Positions 51,905 through 59,927 of a stretch of 64,000 bases of DNA are shown piece by piece. The position numbers and the translations under genes are program-made. Location of the stretch: positions 1 through 64,000 of the IMG/VR virus record IMGVR_UViG_3300031952_000010. One strand, 5' to 3'. This DNA is from a virus. The stretch's first letter is position 1; each line of letters opens with the position of its first letter. The notes beneath the pieces were generated by a model. That model did not search any database. It saw nothing but the letters and a program-made list of their open reading frames with translations, and was not told the origin of the DNA.

Positions 51905-52960
51905 ATGAAATTAGTAATCGTATCAACGTTTTGGAATTCCGAAAAATTTGTTTCGGATTGTATTAAATCTTTAAAAAACCAATATTACACAAATTTTGTG
52001 TCATATATGATTGATGATATGTCAACCGACAAATCATACGATGTTGCCAAAAAAGAAATTGGTGATGATGAACGTTTTATTCTTATTAAAAACACTGAAA
52101 AAAAATATAAAACTAAAAACTTTATAGATGTTATTCGTAATAACGTAAATATTGATTGGGATGATGTCATTATTGAATTGGATGGGGATGACCAATTAAA
52201 TGATAATTTTGTGTTAGGTTTAATTAATAAAACTTATACTGACCCTAATATTTGGATTTGTGGTTCTAAATGGAAAGACAAAAAAGGTGGGACTATGAAG
52301 TATGGTCGTGCAAATGCAGATAAACCTAGAAGTACATCTTGGAACTTTTCTCATATGAGAACTTATCGAGCATTTTTATTCAGAATGATAAAAGACGAAC
52401 ATTTAAGGTATAACGGGCAATATTTTAAAGCTGCGGTAGATTTAGGTATTGGGATACCTATGTTAGAAATGTCAGGTAATGAACATTATTATTTCTTAGA
52501 TGAGGTAACCTATCTTTACACATGGCACGACCATCAATCTTATTCTAAAAATAGTTCTTTTGGGGATTCTAAATTACAAGGTCTTACCGCAAAACATATA
52601 TACCAATTACCTGTTTATAAAAAATTGGTTATTGGTGACAGTGATGTTAAAACGAATGTAGTTGTTGAAAATTCTCCGACTTCTATGGACTTAATAAATA
52701 ATATATTAACGGATAAACCGTTTAACCCAAAACCATCATCACTTAATTATGATTTAATTAATCAAATTAAGAATAACAAAAATGTTTATAACCCCAAAGA
52801 AAACATTAAACCTATTAGAGAGAATACCCCGTTAGATAGGAATAAATTAGTTGAAATTAAAAAAGGTTCAATTGCTGACCAAGCAAAAAGGGCCTTCATA
52901 GAAAAACCTAGTAGACTAAATCAGACACCAAATATTTTTGGTGGTAGAAAAAGAATGTAA
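51905..52960 (+). CDS. GT2 family glycosyltransferase
   Basis: IDDMSTDKS, LDGDD. Confidence 0.85.
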   Translation: MKLVIVSTFWNSEKFVSDCIKSLKNQYYTNFVSYMIDDMSTDKSYDVAKKEIGDDERFILIKNTEKKYKTKNFIDVIRNNVNIDWDDVIIELDGDDQLNDNFVLGLINKTYTDPNIWICGSKWKDKKGGTMKYGRANADKPRSTSWNFSHMRTYRAFLFRMIKDEHLRYNGQYFKAAVDLGIGIPMLEMSGNEHYYFLDEVTYLYTWHDHQSYSKNSSFGDSKLQGLTAKHIYQLPVYKKLVIGDSDVKTNVVVENSPTSMDLINNILTDKPFNPKPSSLNYDLINQIKNNKNVYNPKENIKPIRENTPLDRNKLVEIKKGSIADQAKRAFIEKPSRLNQTPNIFGGRKRM

Positions 52961-53016
52961 CCCCACTTTGATTATTTCATAATTTATATTATCTTTGTAT
53001 CATAATTAAAAAAAAT

Positions 53017-53193
53017 ATGTGGGTAATTGTAAAAATGATGAGAAATCTTAATGGGATTATGATACCTGTTATTATTTTAAATGGACAATCTGAAATTTGG
53101 GAATTTAAAACTGAATCCGAGGCAAATGAGATGAAAAATATTTTTTCAAAAAATTCTGACTCAGGTTACGAGTACTTAATTAAGAAGATTTAA
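53017..53193 (+). CDS. small hypothetical protein (58 aa)
   Basis: read manually; downstream of TATCTTTG. Confidence 0.6.
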   Translation: MWVIVKMMRNLNGIMIPVIILNGQSEIWEFKTESEANEMKNIFSKNSDSGYEYLIKKI

Positions 53194-53198
53194 CTTAC

Positions 53199-53272
53199 GG
53201 CTCCGTAGCTCAATTGGACAGAGCAACACACTTCTAATGTGTAGGTTACTGGTTCGAGTCCAGTCGGGGTCA
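53199..53272 (+). tRNA. tRNA-Arg(UCU)
   Basis: cloverleaf; ACACA-ctTCTaa-TGTGT. Confidence 0.93.
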
Positions 53273-53286
53273 CTAAAATTTATAAT

Positions 53287-53538
53287 ATGGGAAGTTATGA
53301 CAATATATTAGAACAAGAACATAATGAGTTTGTTGAAAGCGACTTGTTTTGTTTTTACGTTCGTGAAAAAATAGAAAACTCACATTTTCATAAATACGAT
53401 GGAATTGCCCCTGAGGGATTTATATTAATTCCAGAACAAACCTTAGAAAGATTAAAAGACTTCGAAACTTGGAAGGAATGGAAGAATAATCCATCTATTT
53501 TGAAAGAAATGATGATTTATGACCTAAAAAATGAATAA
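53287..53538 (+). CDS. hypothetical protein
   Basis: ORF track. Confidence 0.65.
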   Translation: MGSYDNILEQEHNEFVESDLFCFYVREKIENSHFHKYDGIAPEGFILIPEQTLERLKDFETWKEWKNNPSILKEMMIYDLKNE

Positions 53539-53577
53539 TTGTTTTGTGGATTAGAATATAATTAGTATATTTGTGGT

Positions 53578-54294
53578 ATGAAATATTCAGCACTTAAAGA
53601 CATCGTTTATATTGGTTTGATGGTTTTAGCTATCGGAGGAACCAACGAGTATTTGGACAAATACGACTACAGTTATGACAAAGTAATGGCGTCTATCGGG
53701 TCTGAAGCAAAAAGACTTGATAAAGTTTACGGTTATGACAAGAACTACTCAAAAGAAGATGTTGTTGAGGTAACTCCTGACGTAGAACAACCATCTTCAA
53801 CTGAAGTTACTTCTGACCAAGTAATCTACATCCACGGTTTTGGTAACTACACTCAAAGTGACCTTTATACAATAAAAGAAGGTGTTGAAAACTTCTACGG
53901 TATCCGTTGTGTAATTTCTGAAAGTGTTGAGTCTGATGATTTCTACTATAACAATAACACTAACGTATTGTTAGCTTACAAAGTATTGTCATTATCTGTT
54001 GGTAAATCAAACATGAATATGTACGTAACTGACGAACCATTATGTGAAGAAAATTCTAATAATTTAATCAGTGGTCACGCAAGAATTAATTGTGATGGTT
54101 CTGTTATCAGTACTAAAGAAATGAGAAATAACAACCACTACAATAATAATAGTTTAGTTCACACTGCGGTACACGAGTTAGGTCATAACTTTGGGTTGTC
54201 TCACTGTAATAACCAATCTTGTATCATGAAATCTCACGGTTTAGATACTAAAGAGTTCTGTGATGAGTGTAAATCAAAAATTAACAAACATTAA
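53578..54294 (+). CDS. archaemetzincin-like zinc metallopeptidase
   Basis: HELGHNFGLSHC...CIM...FCDEC. Confidence 0.8.
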   Translation: MKYSALKDIVYIGLMVLAIGGTNEYLDKYDYSYDKVMASIGSEAKRLDKVYGYDKNYSKEDVVEVTPDVEQPSSTEVTSDQVIYIHGFGNYTQSDLYTIKEGVENFYGIRCVISESVESDDFYYNNNTNVLLAYKVLSLSVGKSNMNMYVTDEPLCEENSNNLISGHARINCDGSVISTKEMRNNNHYNNNSLVHTAVHELGHNFGLSHCNNQSCIMKSHGLDTKEFCDECKSKINKH

Positions 54295-54305
54295 AATAAA
54301 TAGAT

Positions 54306-54569
54306 ATGCCTGATTTTAGTGCAGAAATTGACATCGAACCATATGAATATGTTTCGGCGTGTAGTAAACGTGAAATAGTAGAACTTCTTGAGTCTTTAGT
54401 TGAGGAGGGTTACATTAGTAGAAGTGCAATCTCAGCAATTGATGCTGATAGGGATAAGAACCTTTTAGATGAAGAATGGGATGTGATAACTGATAAGTTG
54501 AATCAAAATCGACTTATGTTATCTAATGAAGAAGAAGAACTAATTAGGAAAATATCAAAAAGATTTTAA
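54306..54569 (+). CDS. hypothetical protein
   Basis: ORF track. Confidence 0.65.
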   Translation: MPDFSAEIDIEPYEYVSACSKREIVELLESLVEEGYISRSAISAIDADRDKNLLDEEWDVITDKLNQNRLMLSNEEEELIRKISKRF

Positions 54570-54574
54570 AAAAG

Positions 54575-54605
54575 TTTGACAATTGCAGAATTTTTCATAA
54601 CTTTG
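54575..54605 (+). promoter_or_regulatory. Bacteroidota-type sigma70 promoter for leader 1 / tRNA array 1
   Basis: TTTG-N19-TAACTTTG. Confidence 0.75.
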
Positions 54606-54651
54606 TAATAATTATAGAAACAGGTAGAAATACCACAACAAAAAAAAAACA

Positions 54652-54771
54652 ATGAAAACTAATAAACAACATATGGTCATTAACGTGAAATCGCAATTTA
54701 GTAATTGCTGGTATCCGCGTATTTCGCATACAAGTTCAGTTAGTTTATTAAGTGATATAATTTTTGAATAA
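54652..54771 (+). CDS. leader peptide 1 (39 aa) of tRNA array 1
   Basis: MKTNKQHMVINVKSQFSNCWYPRISHTSSVSLLSDIIFE; A-rich upstream region. Confidence 0.8.
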   Translation: MKTNKQHMVINVKSQFSNCWYPRISHTSSVSLLSDIIFE

Positions 54772-54796
54772 AAGATTAATCACACAAGATAACACG

Positions 54797-54831
54797 AATC
54801 CTGAACTCAAAAAGTTCAGGATTTTTTTTTT
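54797..54831 (+). terminator. attenuator terminator 1
   Basis: AATCCTGAACT-caaaa-AGTTCAGGATT + T-run. Confidence 0.85.
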
Positions 54832-54840
54832 GTTATAAAG

Positions 54841-54853
54841 TGTTCTTTGACAT
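54841..54853 (+). promoter_or_regulatory. boxA-like antitermination element
   Basis: TGTTCTTTGACAT; core repeated at 56810 and 60772. Confidence 0.65.
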
Positions 54854-54869
54854 ATTGGTAAAAAGTAAA

Positions 54870-54941
54870 CGGGGTGTAGTCTCGAGGAGAGACGCGTGTT
54901 TTGGGAACACGAGGCGGCAGGTTCGACTCCTGTCACCCCGA
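54870..54941 (+). tRNA. tRNA-Pro(UGG)
   Basis: CGTGT-ttTGGga-ACACG. Confidence 0.9.
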
Positions 54942-54947
54942 CTACAT

Positions 54948-55021
54948 TGTCACATAGCTCAGTTGGTTAGAGCGTTCGCCTGATACGCGAAAGGTCGATG
55001 GTTCGAGCCCATCTGTGACAA
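54948..55021 (+). tRNA. tRNA-Ile(GAU)
   Basis: TTCGC-ctGATac-GCGAA. Confidence 0.92.
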
Positions 55022-55027
55022 CTTAAT

Positions 55028-55101
55028 GACTTCGTAGCTCAGTTGGCTAGAGCACCTCACTTTTAATGAGGGAGTCCCGAGTTCGAGTCTCGGCGGGGTC
55101 A
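55028..55101 (+). tRNA. tRNA-Lys(UUU)
   Basis: CCTCA-ctTTTaa-TGAGG. Confidence 0.92.
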
Positions 55102-55107
55102 CAATAA

Positions 55108-55179
55108 GGTCGGTTGGCCGAGTGGTTTAGGCGATAGTCTGCAAAACTATCAACACAGGTTCGACTCCTGTACCGACCT
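55108..55179 (+). tRNA. tRNA-Cys(GCA)
   Basis: ATAGT-ctGCAaa-ACTAT. Confidence 0.92.
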
Positions 55180-55184
55180 CAAAT

Positions 55185-55257
55185 ACGTCTGTAGCTCAGT
55201 TGGTAGAGCATTGGTCTCCAAAACCAAGTGTCGGTGGTTCGAATCCATCCAGGCGTG
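55185..55257 (+). tRNA. tRNA-Trp(CCA)
   Basis: TTGGT-ctCCAaa-ACCAA. Confidence 0.92.
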
Positions 55258-55264
55258 CTAAAAT

Positions 55265-55350
55265 TGACGGGTTCGCGTAGTTGGCCGAACGCACCAGACT
55301 GTTAATCTGGCGAGACTTCTCCACCGTGGGTTCGAATCCCACCCCGTCAG
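55265..55350 (+). tRNA. tRNA-Asn(GUU) with long variable arm
   Basis: CCAGA-ctGTTaa-TCTGG; G73. Confidence 0.85.
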
Positions 55351-55399
55351 CAAACATTTACGAACTTTCTAATATTTATTAATATAAAATGTTAATATT

Positions 55400-55957
55400 A
55401 TGGAAAGGTATTCGGAAAAAATAATTACCTTAAGGAAAGAAGGTAAAACCTATAAAGAAATTAAAAACATTATAGGGTGTGCAATGTCAACAATATCGTA
55501 TCATTGTACATTAAATGGTTTAGGGGATAATAACCAAAAGGTAACTGAGAACGAAATCATCGAACTTCAAAAAATGTATGACGAATTTGGTTCACTTAAA
55601 AAAGTTGCTAAAATAACGGGAAGGGCTTTTGATACCGTTCAAAAATATGTTAAGACAAAACAAAAAGTTAAAACTGTAACATCTTCTGAATCAGTTATTT
55701 TATGGAGAAAAAGGACTAAAATTAAATTGATTGAATATAAAGGAGGTAAATGTGAAATTTGTGGATATGATAAATGTAATAGAGCCTTACAATTTCATCA
55801 TAAAAATCCATTAGAAAAGGATTTTTCAATATCGGGTAGAAGTTTATCATTTGACAGATTAAAAGACGAGGTTGATAAATGTATGTTAGTTTGTTCTAAT
55901 TGTCATTGTGAAATACACGATAATTTAATAACGATAAATAGGTTGATTAGGGAATGA
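55400..55957 (+). CDS. HTH + HNH homing endonuclease
   Basis: N-terminal HTH-like segments; CEICGY...LQFHH...CSNCHCEIH. Confidence 0.85.
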   Translation: MERYSEKIITLRKEGKTYKEIKNIIGCAMSTISYHCTLNGLGDNNQKVTENEIIELQKMYDEFGSLKKVAKITGRAFDTVQKYVKTKQKVKTVTSSESVILWRKRTKIKLIEYKGGKCEICGYDKCNRALQFHHKNPLEKDFSISGRSLSFDRLKDEVDKCMLVCSNCHCEIHDNLITINRLIRE

Positions 55958-56077
55958 TTGAACTGATAGTTCGAGAGTGAATACTGACTAGTACAATCGG
56001 AGTTTGCAGGTATTCACCCGAGTAATGCTAATCGTAAAAACAGATGTCCACTGAACCATCTTCTGTTTTCCTAAATT

Positions 56078-56158
56078 GGGAGTATTGAGCAACGGTTGCT
56101 CAGCGGTCTGTAAAACCGTCGCCATTTGGCATTGCAGGTTCGAATCCCGCTACTCCCA
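56078..56158 (+). tRNA. tRNA-Tyr(GUA)
   Basis: GCGGT-ctGTAaa-ACCGT; long variable arm. Confidence 0.9.
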
Positions 56159-56212
56159 CAATAAAAAAAGGGGAATAACTTCCCCTCTTTTCTTTAATTT
56201 GGTTGTTATTAA

Positions 56213-56377
56213 TTATTTTTTTTTAGAAACAATTGACCACACACCACCTGCAAGTGTAACCGCTGCTCCGATAAGTTCTTGTACTGATGAATCAGTTGCA
56301 AGACCTTTCATAATCAGGATACCACCTACGAAAGTAAGTGTGTGTCTAACGATACCTAGGATTTGTTCTTTAGTCAT
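56213..56377 (-). CDS. small two-TM holin-like protein (54 aa)
   Basis: MTKEQILGIVRHTLTFVGGILIMKG...GGVWSIVSKKK, read manually. Confidence 0.7.
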   Translation of the reverse strand: MTKEQILGIVRHTLTFVGGILIMKGLATDSSVQELIGAAVTLAGGVWSIVSKKK

Positions 56378-56433
56378 TTTAATGTTGATTAAAGGTTTAT
56401 GCCAGTCTATAAGTATCGGAGAAATAGGTAAAC

Positions 56434-56504
56434 TGTCCTTTGGTCTAATGGCAGGACACGTGGTTTTGGTCCACGCGGTGGAGGTTCGAATCCTTCAGGG
56501 ACAA
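56434..56504 (+). tRNA. tRNA-Gln(UUG)
   Basis: CGTGG-ttTTGgt-CCACG. Confidence 0.92.
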
Positions 56505-56557
56505 CAAGGGGTTCGGGGGAAACCCAATAGTGGGTGATGAGCCCACATCCTCCAAAT

Positions 56558-56626
56558 ACCGAATGGTCTGGTGACCGAAAATGGCTCATATCCGTTTTTA
56601 GAGTGGTTCGAAACCATTATTCGGTA
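56558..56626 (+). tRNA. atypical tRNA with CAU anticodon (minimal D-arm)
   Basis: ACCGAAT/ATTCGGT acceptor; AATGG-ctCATat-CCGTT. Confidence 0.6.
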
Positions 56627-56634
56627 CTTTAAAC

Positions 56635-56707
56635 AGTTCCTTAGCTCAGTTGGGAGAGCGCTTGTTTTACATGCAAGATGTCGTAGGTTCGAATCCTACA
56701 GGAACTA
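56635..56707 (+). tRNA. tRNA-Val(UAC)
   Basis: CTTGT-ttTACat-GCAAG. Confidence 0.92.
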
Positions 56708-57069
56708 CAAAAAATGTTTGGAGAATTAAATAATTTGCCGTACATTTGTAATATAGAAGTAAGGGGGGTAGGTAGTTAGTGGGTTGGTGACCTACTCCCC
56801 TGACGAAAGAGTTCTTTGAATAAAATGTTGGTGGATGGTAAGAAACGGTAAACTCGTAAAGTGCATTAACCTGTTGATATGAAATGGTGAAACGAGAGTC
56901 CATATCAGCTACTCATCACAATAAAAATATTGATAATGGTTTTCCCCATTCAACGAAGGTCGACTCTTCAGAATGGAATCGGAATTCATCACCCTTTGCT
57001 GAGGCCTCATTAAAACTCAGGAAGCAATTAAGATTGGAGCGAGACGGGTACTCCATCATTATTATACTT

Positions 57070-57142
57070 GGAACGGTAGCTCAGTTGGTAGAGCACTTGA
57101 TTGAAGCTCAAGGTGTCGGCGGTTCGAACCCGTCTCGTTCCA
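57070..57142 (+). tRNA. tRNA-Phe(GAA)
   Basis: CTTGA-ttGAAgc-TCAAG. Confidence 0.92.
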
Positions 57143-57216
57143 CGGAGTCCTGAAATAACAGGATGCCCCCACTCCCATATGGCAGCCAGTCCATTAAGCT
57201 GGTGAAGGGGGTAAAT

Positions 57217-57321
57217 AGTCAAGTGGACGTAATGCGGGATGGTCCCAAGTCCCCAACTCTAACGAGGTAAGGTAGTCTAATCCGTCTTGAACGGTATTCG
57301 GTTCGAGTCCGACCTTGATTA
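57217..57321 (+). ncRNA. tRNA-like RNA with acceptor and T arms but no canonical anticodon arm
   Basis: AGTCAAG/CTTGATT; TTCGG-TTCGAGT-CCGAC. Confidence 0.55.
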
Positions 57322-57326
57322 CAAAT

Positions 57327-57405
57327 TGCGATAATGGTGTAGGGTCGTTCTCATGAGACGATTTGGTAGATATACCCCTGTGAGGTTCGAGTCCTCAAAT
57401 CGCAA
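57327..57405 (+). tRNA. atypical CAU tRNA-like (degenerate D-arm, long variable arm)
   Basis: TCGTT-ctCATga-GACGA; TGAGG-TTCGAGT-CCTCA. Confidence 0.55.
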
Positions 57406-57415
57406 CAAATTATAT

Positions 57416-57489
57416 GGTGACTATAGCTCAGTTGGCAGAGCAAAGGTTTGTGGTACCTTGTGCCATGGGTTCGATTCCCATTAGTCACC
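57416..57489 (+). tRNA. tRNA-His(GUG)
   Basis: AAGGT-ttGTGgt-ACCTT; G-1/C73. Confidence 0.92.
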
Positions 57490-57589
57490 CAAATAGGTTG
57501 GGGTCCCTTGTAGTAACGGATTGAACTATAGTAAGTAAACTACAAGTATCTAGTAAGAAGTCACAGATGGGTTCGTGACGACCTAAATT

Positions 57590-57674
57590 GGAGGAATGGC
57601 AGAGTGGTCTATCGCACTTGTCTTGAAAACAAGCGTACCGAAAGGTACCGTAGGTTCGAATCCTACTTCCTCCG
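57590..57674 (+). tRNA. tRNA-Ser(UGA)
   Basis: CTTGT-ctTGAaa-ACAAG; long variable arm. Confidence 0.93.
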
Positions 57675-57697
57675 CAAAACAATTAGAAAAAAAACAT

Positions 57698-57901
57698 ATG
57701 ACAGACAAGTTAAAAGAGTTGTTAGAGACATCTCAAATTGGGGAACCTGAAATCGTTGATTTAATTCATTCGTATTATAAATTAGTGACCGCTGAATTAT
57801 TCACACAAGAAGAATTTGATACCGTATTAGAAAGATTAGGTATTACACAAAACGGGAACGTTTTTATTTTCAACGAGAACATAACTTATACTTTTAACTA
57901 A
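57698..57901 (+). CDS. hypothetical protein within the tRNA array
   Basis: [13 protein letters not shown]...; 3' part of the tracked ORF. Confidence 0.6.
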   Translation: MTDKLKELLETSQIGEPEIVDLIHSYYKLVTAELFTQEEFDTVLERLGITQNGNVFIFNENITYTFN

Positions 57902-57904
57902 AAT

Positions 57905-57976
57905 AGTTCCTTGGTGTAATGGATAGCACTAAACACTACGGATGTTTCAGTGAGGGTTCGAGTCCTTCAGGGACTA
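57905..57976 (+). tRNA. tRNA-Arg(ACG)
   Basis: AAACA-ctACGga-TGTTT. Confidence 0.92.
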
Positions 57977-57981
57977 CTATT

Positions 57982-58066
57982 GGAAGATTGGCAGAGTGGT
58001 AATGCGGCGGTTTGCTAAACCGTAGACCTCGAAAGGGGTCCACAGGTTCGAATCCTGTATCTTCCG
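57982..58066 (+). tRNA. tRNA-Ser(GCU)
   Basis: GCGGT-ttGCTaa-ACCGT; long variable arm. Confidence 0.93.
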
Positions 58067-58111
58067 CTTATTTATAATTTTATACTATTTATTATCGAAT
58101 AATATGATATC

Positions 58112-59506
58112 ATGAGTTACAAAAAATTTTTAATAGCGGAATCCGAGAAAAAGAACATTAGAGAAATGTACGGTTTACTAACCGAACAGTATTTCAAACC
58201 ACCAAACGGTGGTGAAGGTCAAGTGGTAAATAAATATCCTGCGGGTTACTACTCCTTAAGTGGAACTGATAAGGCGGGTAACGTATATGACAATACAATC
58301 AATTTACAAAAAATTATTGACAATGCCAAAGAGTTTTTAACAACCAATAAAGGTTTTATTCCAAGAGTTGTAATAAACGCGGGAGAATCAATTATCCCTA
58401 ACTACGACACTGAAGGGGGTACTGGTGTTAAAAACTCAGGATGGTTATCTGAAAAAAGAAAAAATAAGATTTCTGAATATGTCAAAAATCAATTAAAAGA
58501 TTTAGTTAGTAAAAAATTAATATCAAAAGAACCTGAGGTTATTCTATATTTTGATGAAGCTAAAACATTAACGGTACCGTCAGGTGGTTGGGAGGGTTAT
58601 CGAACATGGAAAAGAAGTTCTGAAGCTGAAAAGGTTAATAACCCTAATAATGCCGAGTACACCAAATTAAAAACAGGATACGATAATGACCAATTCACCA
58701 AAATAAATTTTAAAATTGTTCCTGATTTAGGCCCAAACCAATGTTCATTTAATGTCAAAATTGGTGTGCATTACGATGATTTAGATATTGGTCATAGATG
58801 TAATAAGGCGAGATTCCAAATATTGGCTAATGGTGTTCCGTTAACAACTGGTGCGGGCTCAACCTGTGGAAATGGTTTATCGTATGCGGACATGAATAAC
58901 GGTGGTGGTAGTTTAGATTGTAAATCAGGCGACATTGGTGGTAAAAGAATGAATTACTTCCAACTAAATAGTAAGTCTATTGTGGACAAAATAATGGCGG
59001 CGTCTCCCGACAAAAACTCAATAAAAATATCCATGAAATGTACATCAACAGGATTTGATGATGCTTCAGGTAGATGTCACCAAGATGTACCACATATTAC
59101 GATTCATAACACTGATGGTAAACAAACGGTTAACACCTACCCTAAAGTTAACGATAAAGATTTAATTACAATTGACAAGTGCGGTAATTTAATTACAGGT
59201 GGTGGTGGTGTCGCAACAAAAAGTAAAGATGCTGGTGGTACTGCAACAACTACAGTTACTACAACAAAACCTACAGGTCAAAAATTAAATTTTGCGTCAC
59301 CAGCAACAGGAACGTTAACTTCTGACCAAGCGATTCTTAATAAAATTAGTGATGGCTCAATTAAGAAAAACGCGGATAATACTTATTCAGTATTAAAAAC
59401 ATTTAATTATAATGGTGTGTCTTATAGAATTAATGATACAATTGTTAAAATATTACCTAAAGGTAGTGTAGTAACTACGACAACGACAACTATTAAACCA
59501 AAATAA
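58112..59506 (+). CDS. leader-motif protein (KFLIAESEKKNIREMYGLLTEQ)
   Basis: N-terminus resembles 21284; Thr-rich linkers. Confidence 0.75.
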   Translation: MSYKKFLIAESEKKNIREMYGLLTEQYFKPPNGGEGQVVNKYPAGYYSLSGTDKAGNVYDNTINLQKIIDNAKEFLTTNKGFIPRVVINAGESIIPNYDTEGGTGVKNSGWLSEKRKNKISEYVKNQLKDLVSKKLISKEPEVILYFDEAKTLTVPSGGWEGYRTWKRSSEAEKVNNPNNAEYTKLKTGYDNDQFTKINFKIVPDLGPNQCSFNVKIGVHYDDLDIGHRCNKARFQILANGVPLTTGAGSTCGNGLSYADMNNGGGSLDCKSGDIGGKRMNYFQLNSKSIVDKIMAASPDKNSIKISMKCTSTGFDDASGRCHQDVPHITIHNTDGKQTVNTYPKVNDKDLITIDKCGNLITGGGGVATKSKDAGGTATTTVTTTKPTGQKLNFASPATGTLTSDQAILNKISDGSIKKNADNTYSVLKTFNYNGVSYRINDTIVKILPKGSVVTTTTTTIKPK

Positions 59507-59531
59507 AAATGGGGGTCAGTGACCCCCAATT

Positions 59532-59927
59532 CTATTCGATATTACCGTAGTAGTGGTAAGAATTTTTACCATCATCAACAATAACTGTCATTGATGTGTT
59601 ATCAACACATTGTGATGTGAAATAAGTCACAACACAGGTTTTGTTAGATTTCAATTCCACAGAGTAAAAAGAATTTACCCCAGGATTTGATTCTTTTGTA
59701 CCTGAGAATTTGTATACCATCTCAGTACCTTCACTTTTAATTACTAAAGAATCTTTACCAATTAAAACGGTTGGTGAACTTAACAATACTGAATCAACCC
59801 ATGTTGATGTACTATCAGTGATTGCGTAACCAATCTCTAAAGATTTAACTTTTACTTTATAGATGTCTTGTGATAAACAAACTAATGTTGTTAAAGACAA
59901 TAACGATGTTAGGATTAATTTTTTCAT
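59532..59927 (-). CDS. secreted protein
   Basis: signal peptide MKKLILTSLL...SQ. Confidence 0.7.
   Translation of the reverse strand: MKKLILTSLLSLTTLVCLSQDIYKVKVKSLEIGYAITDSTSTWVDSVLLSSPTVLIGKDSLVIKSEGTEMVYKFSGTKESNPGVNSFYSVELKSNKTCVVTYFTSQCVDNTSMTVIVDDGKNSYHYYGNIE

Noticed and set aside
1278-52170. Numerous short antisense or nested ORFs in the track (e.g. 10485-, 27129+, 41496-, 44659-, 51367+)
   Set aside because: They are shadows of well-supported genes on the other strand or frame.
53017-53193. ORF before the lone tRNA-Arg(UCU) as another attenuator leader
   Set aside because: It has only one Arg codon and no terminator between the ORF and the tRNA.
56800-56822. CTGACGA as a hammerhead ribozyme core
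   Set aside because: No properly placed GAAA or stem III; the adjacent sequence is better explained as boxA.
57252-57268. CTCTAAC as an amber-suppressor (CUA) anticodon loop, implying stop-codon recoding
   Set aside because: The flanks do not form a 5-bp anticodon stem, and long genes read through in the standard code with TAG used as a stop.
54748-57682. Tracked ORFs 54748-, 56076+, 56407-, 56667-, 56884+, 57028-, 57485-
   Set aside because: They overlap tRNAs or structured RNA and are spurious readings of GC-richer non-coding sequence.
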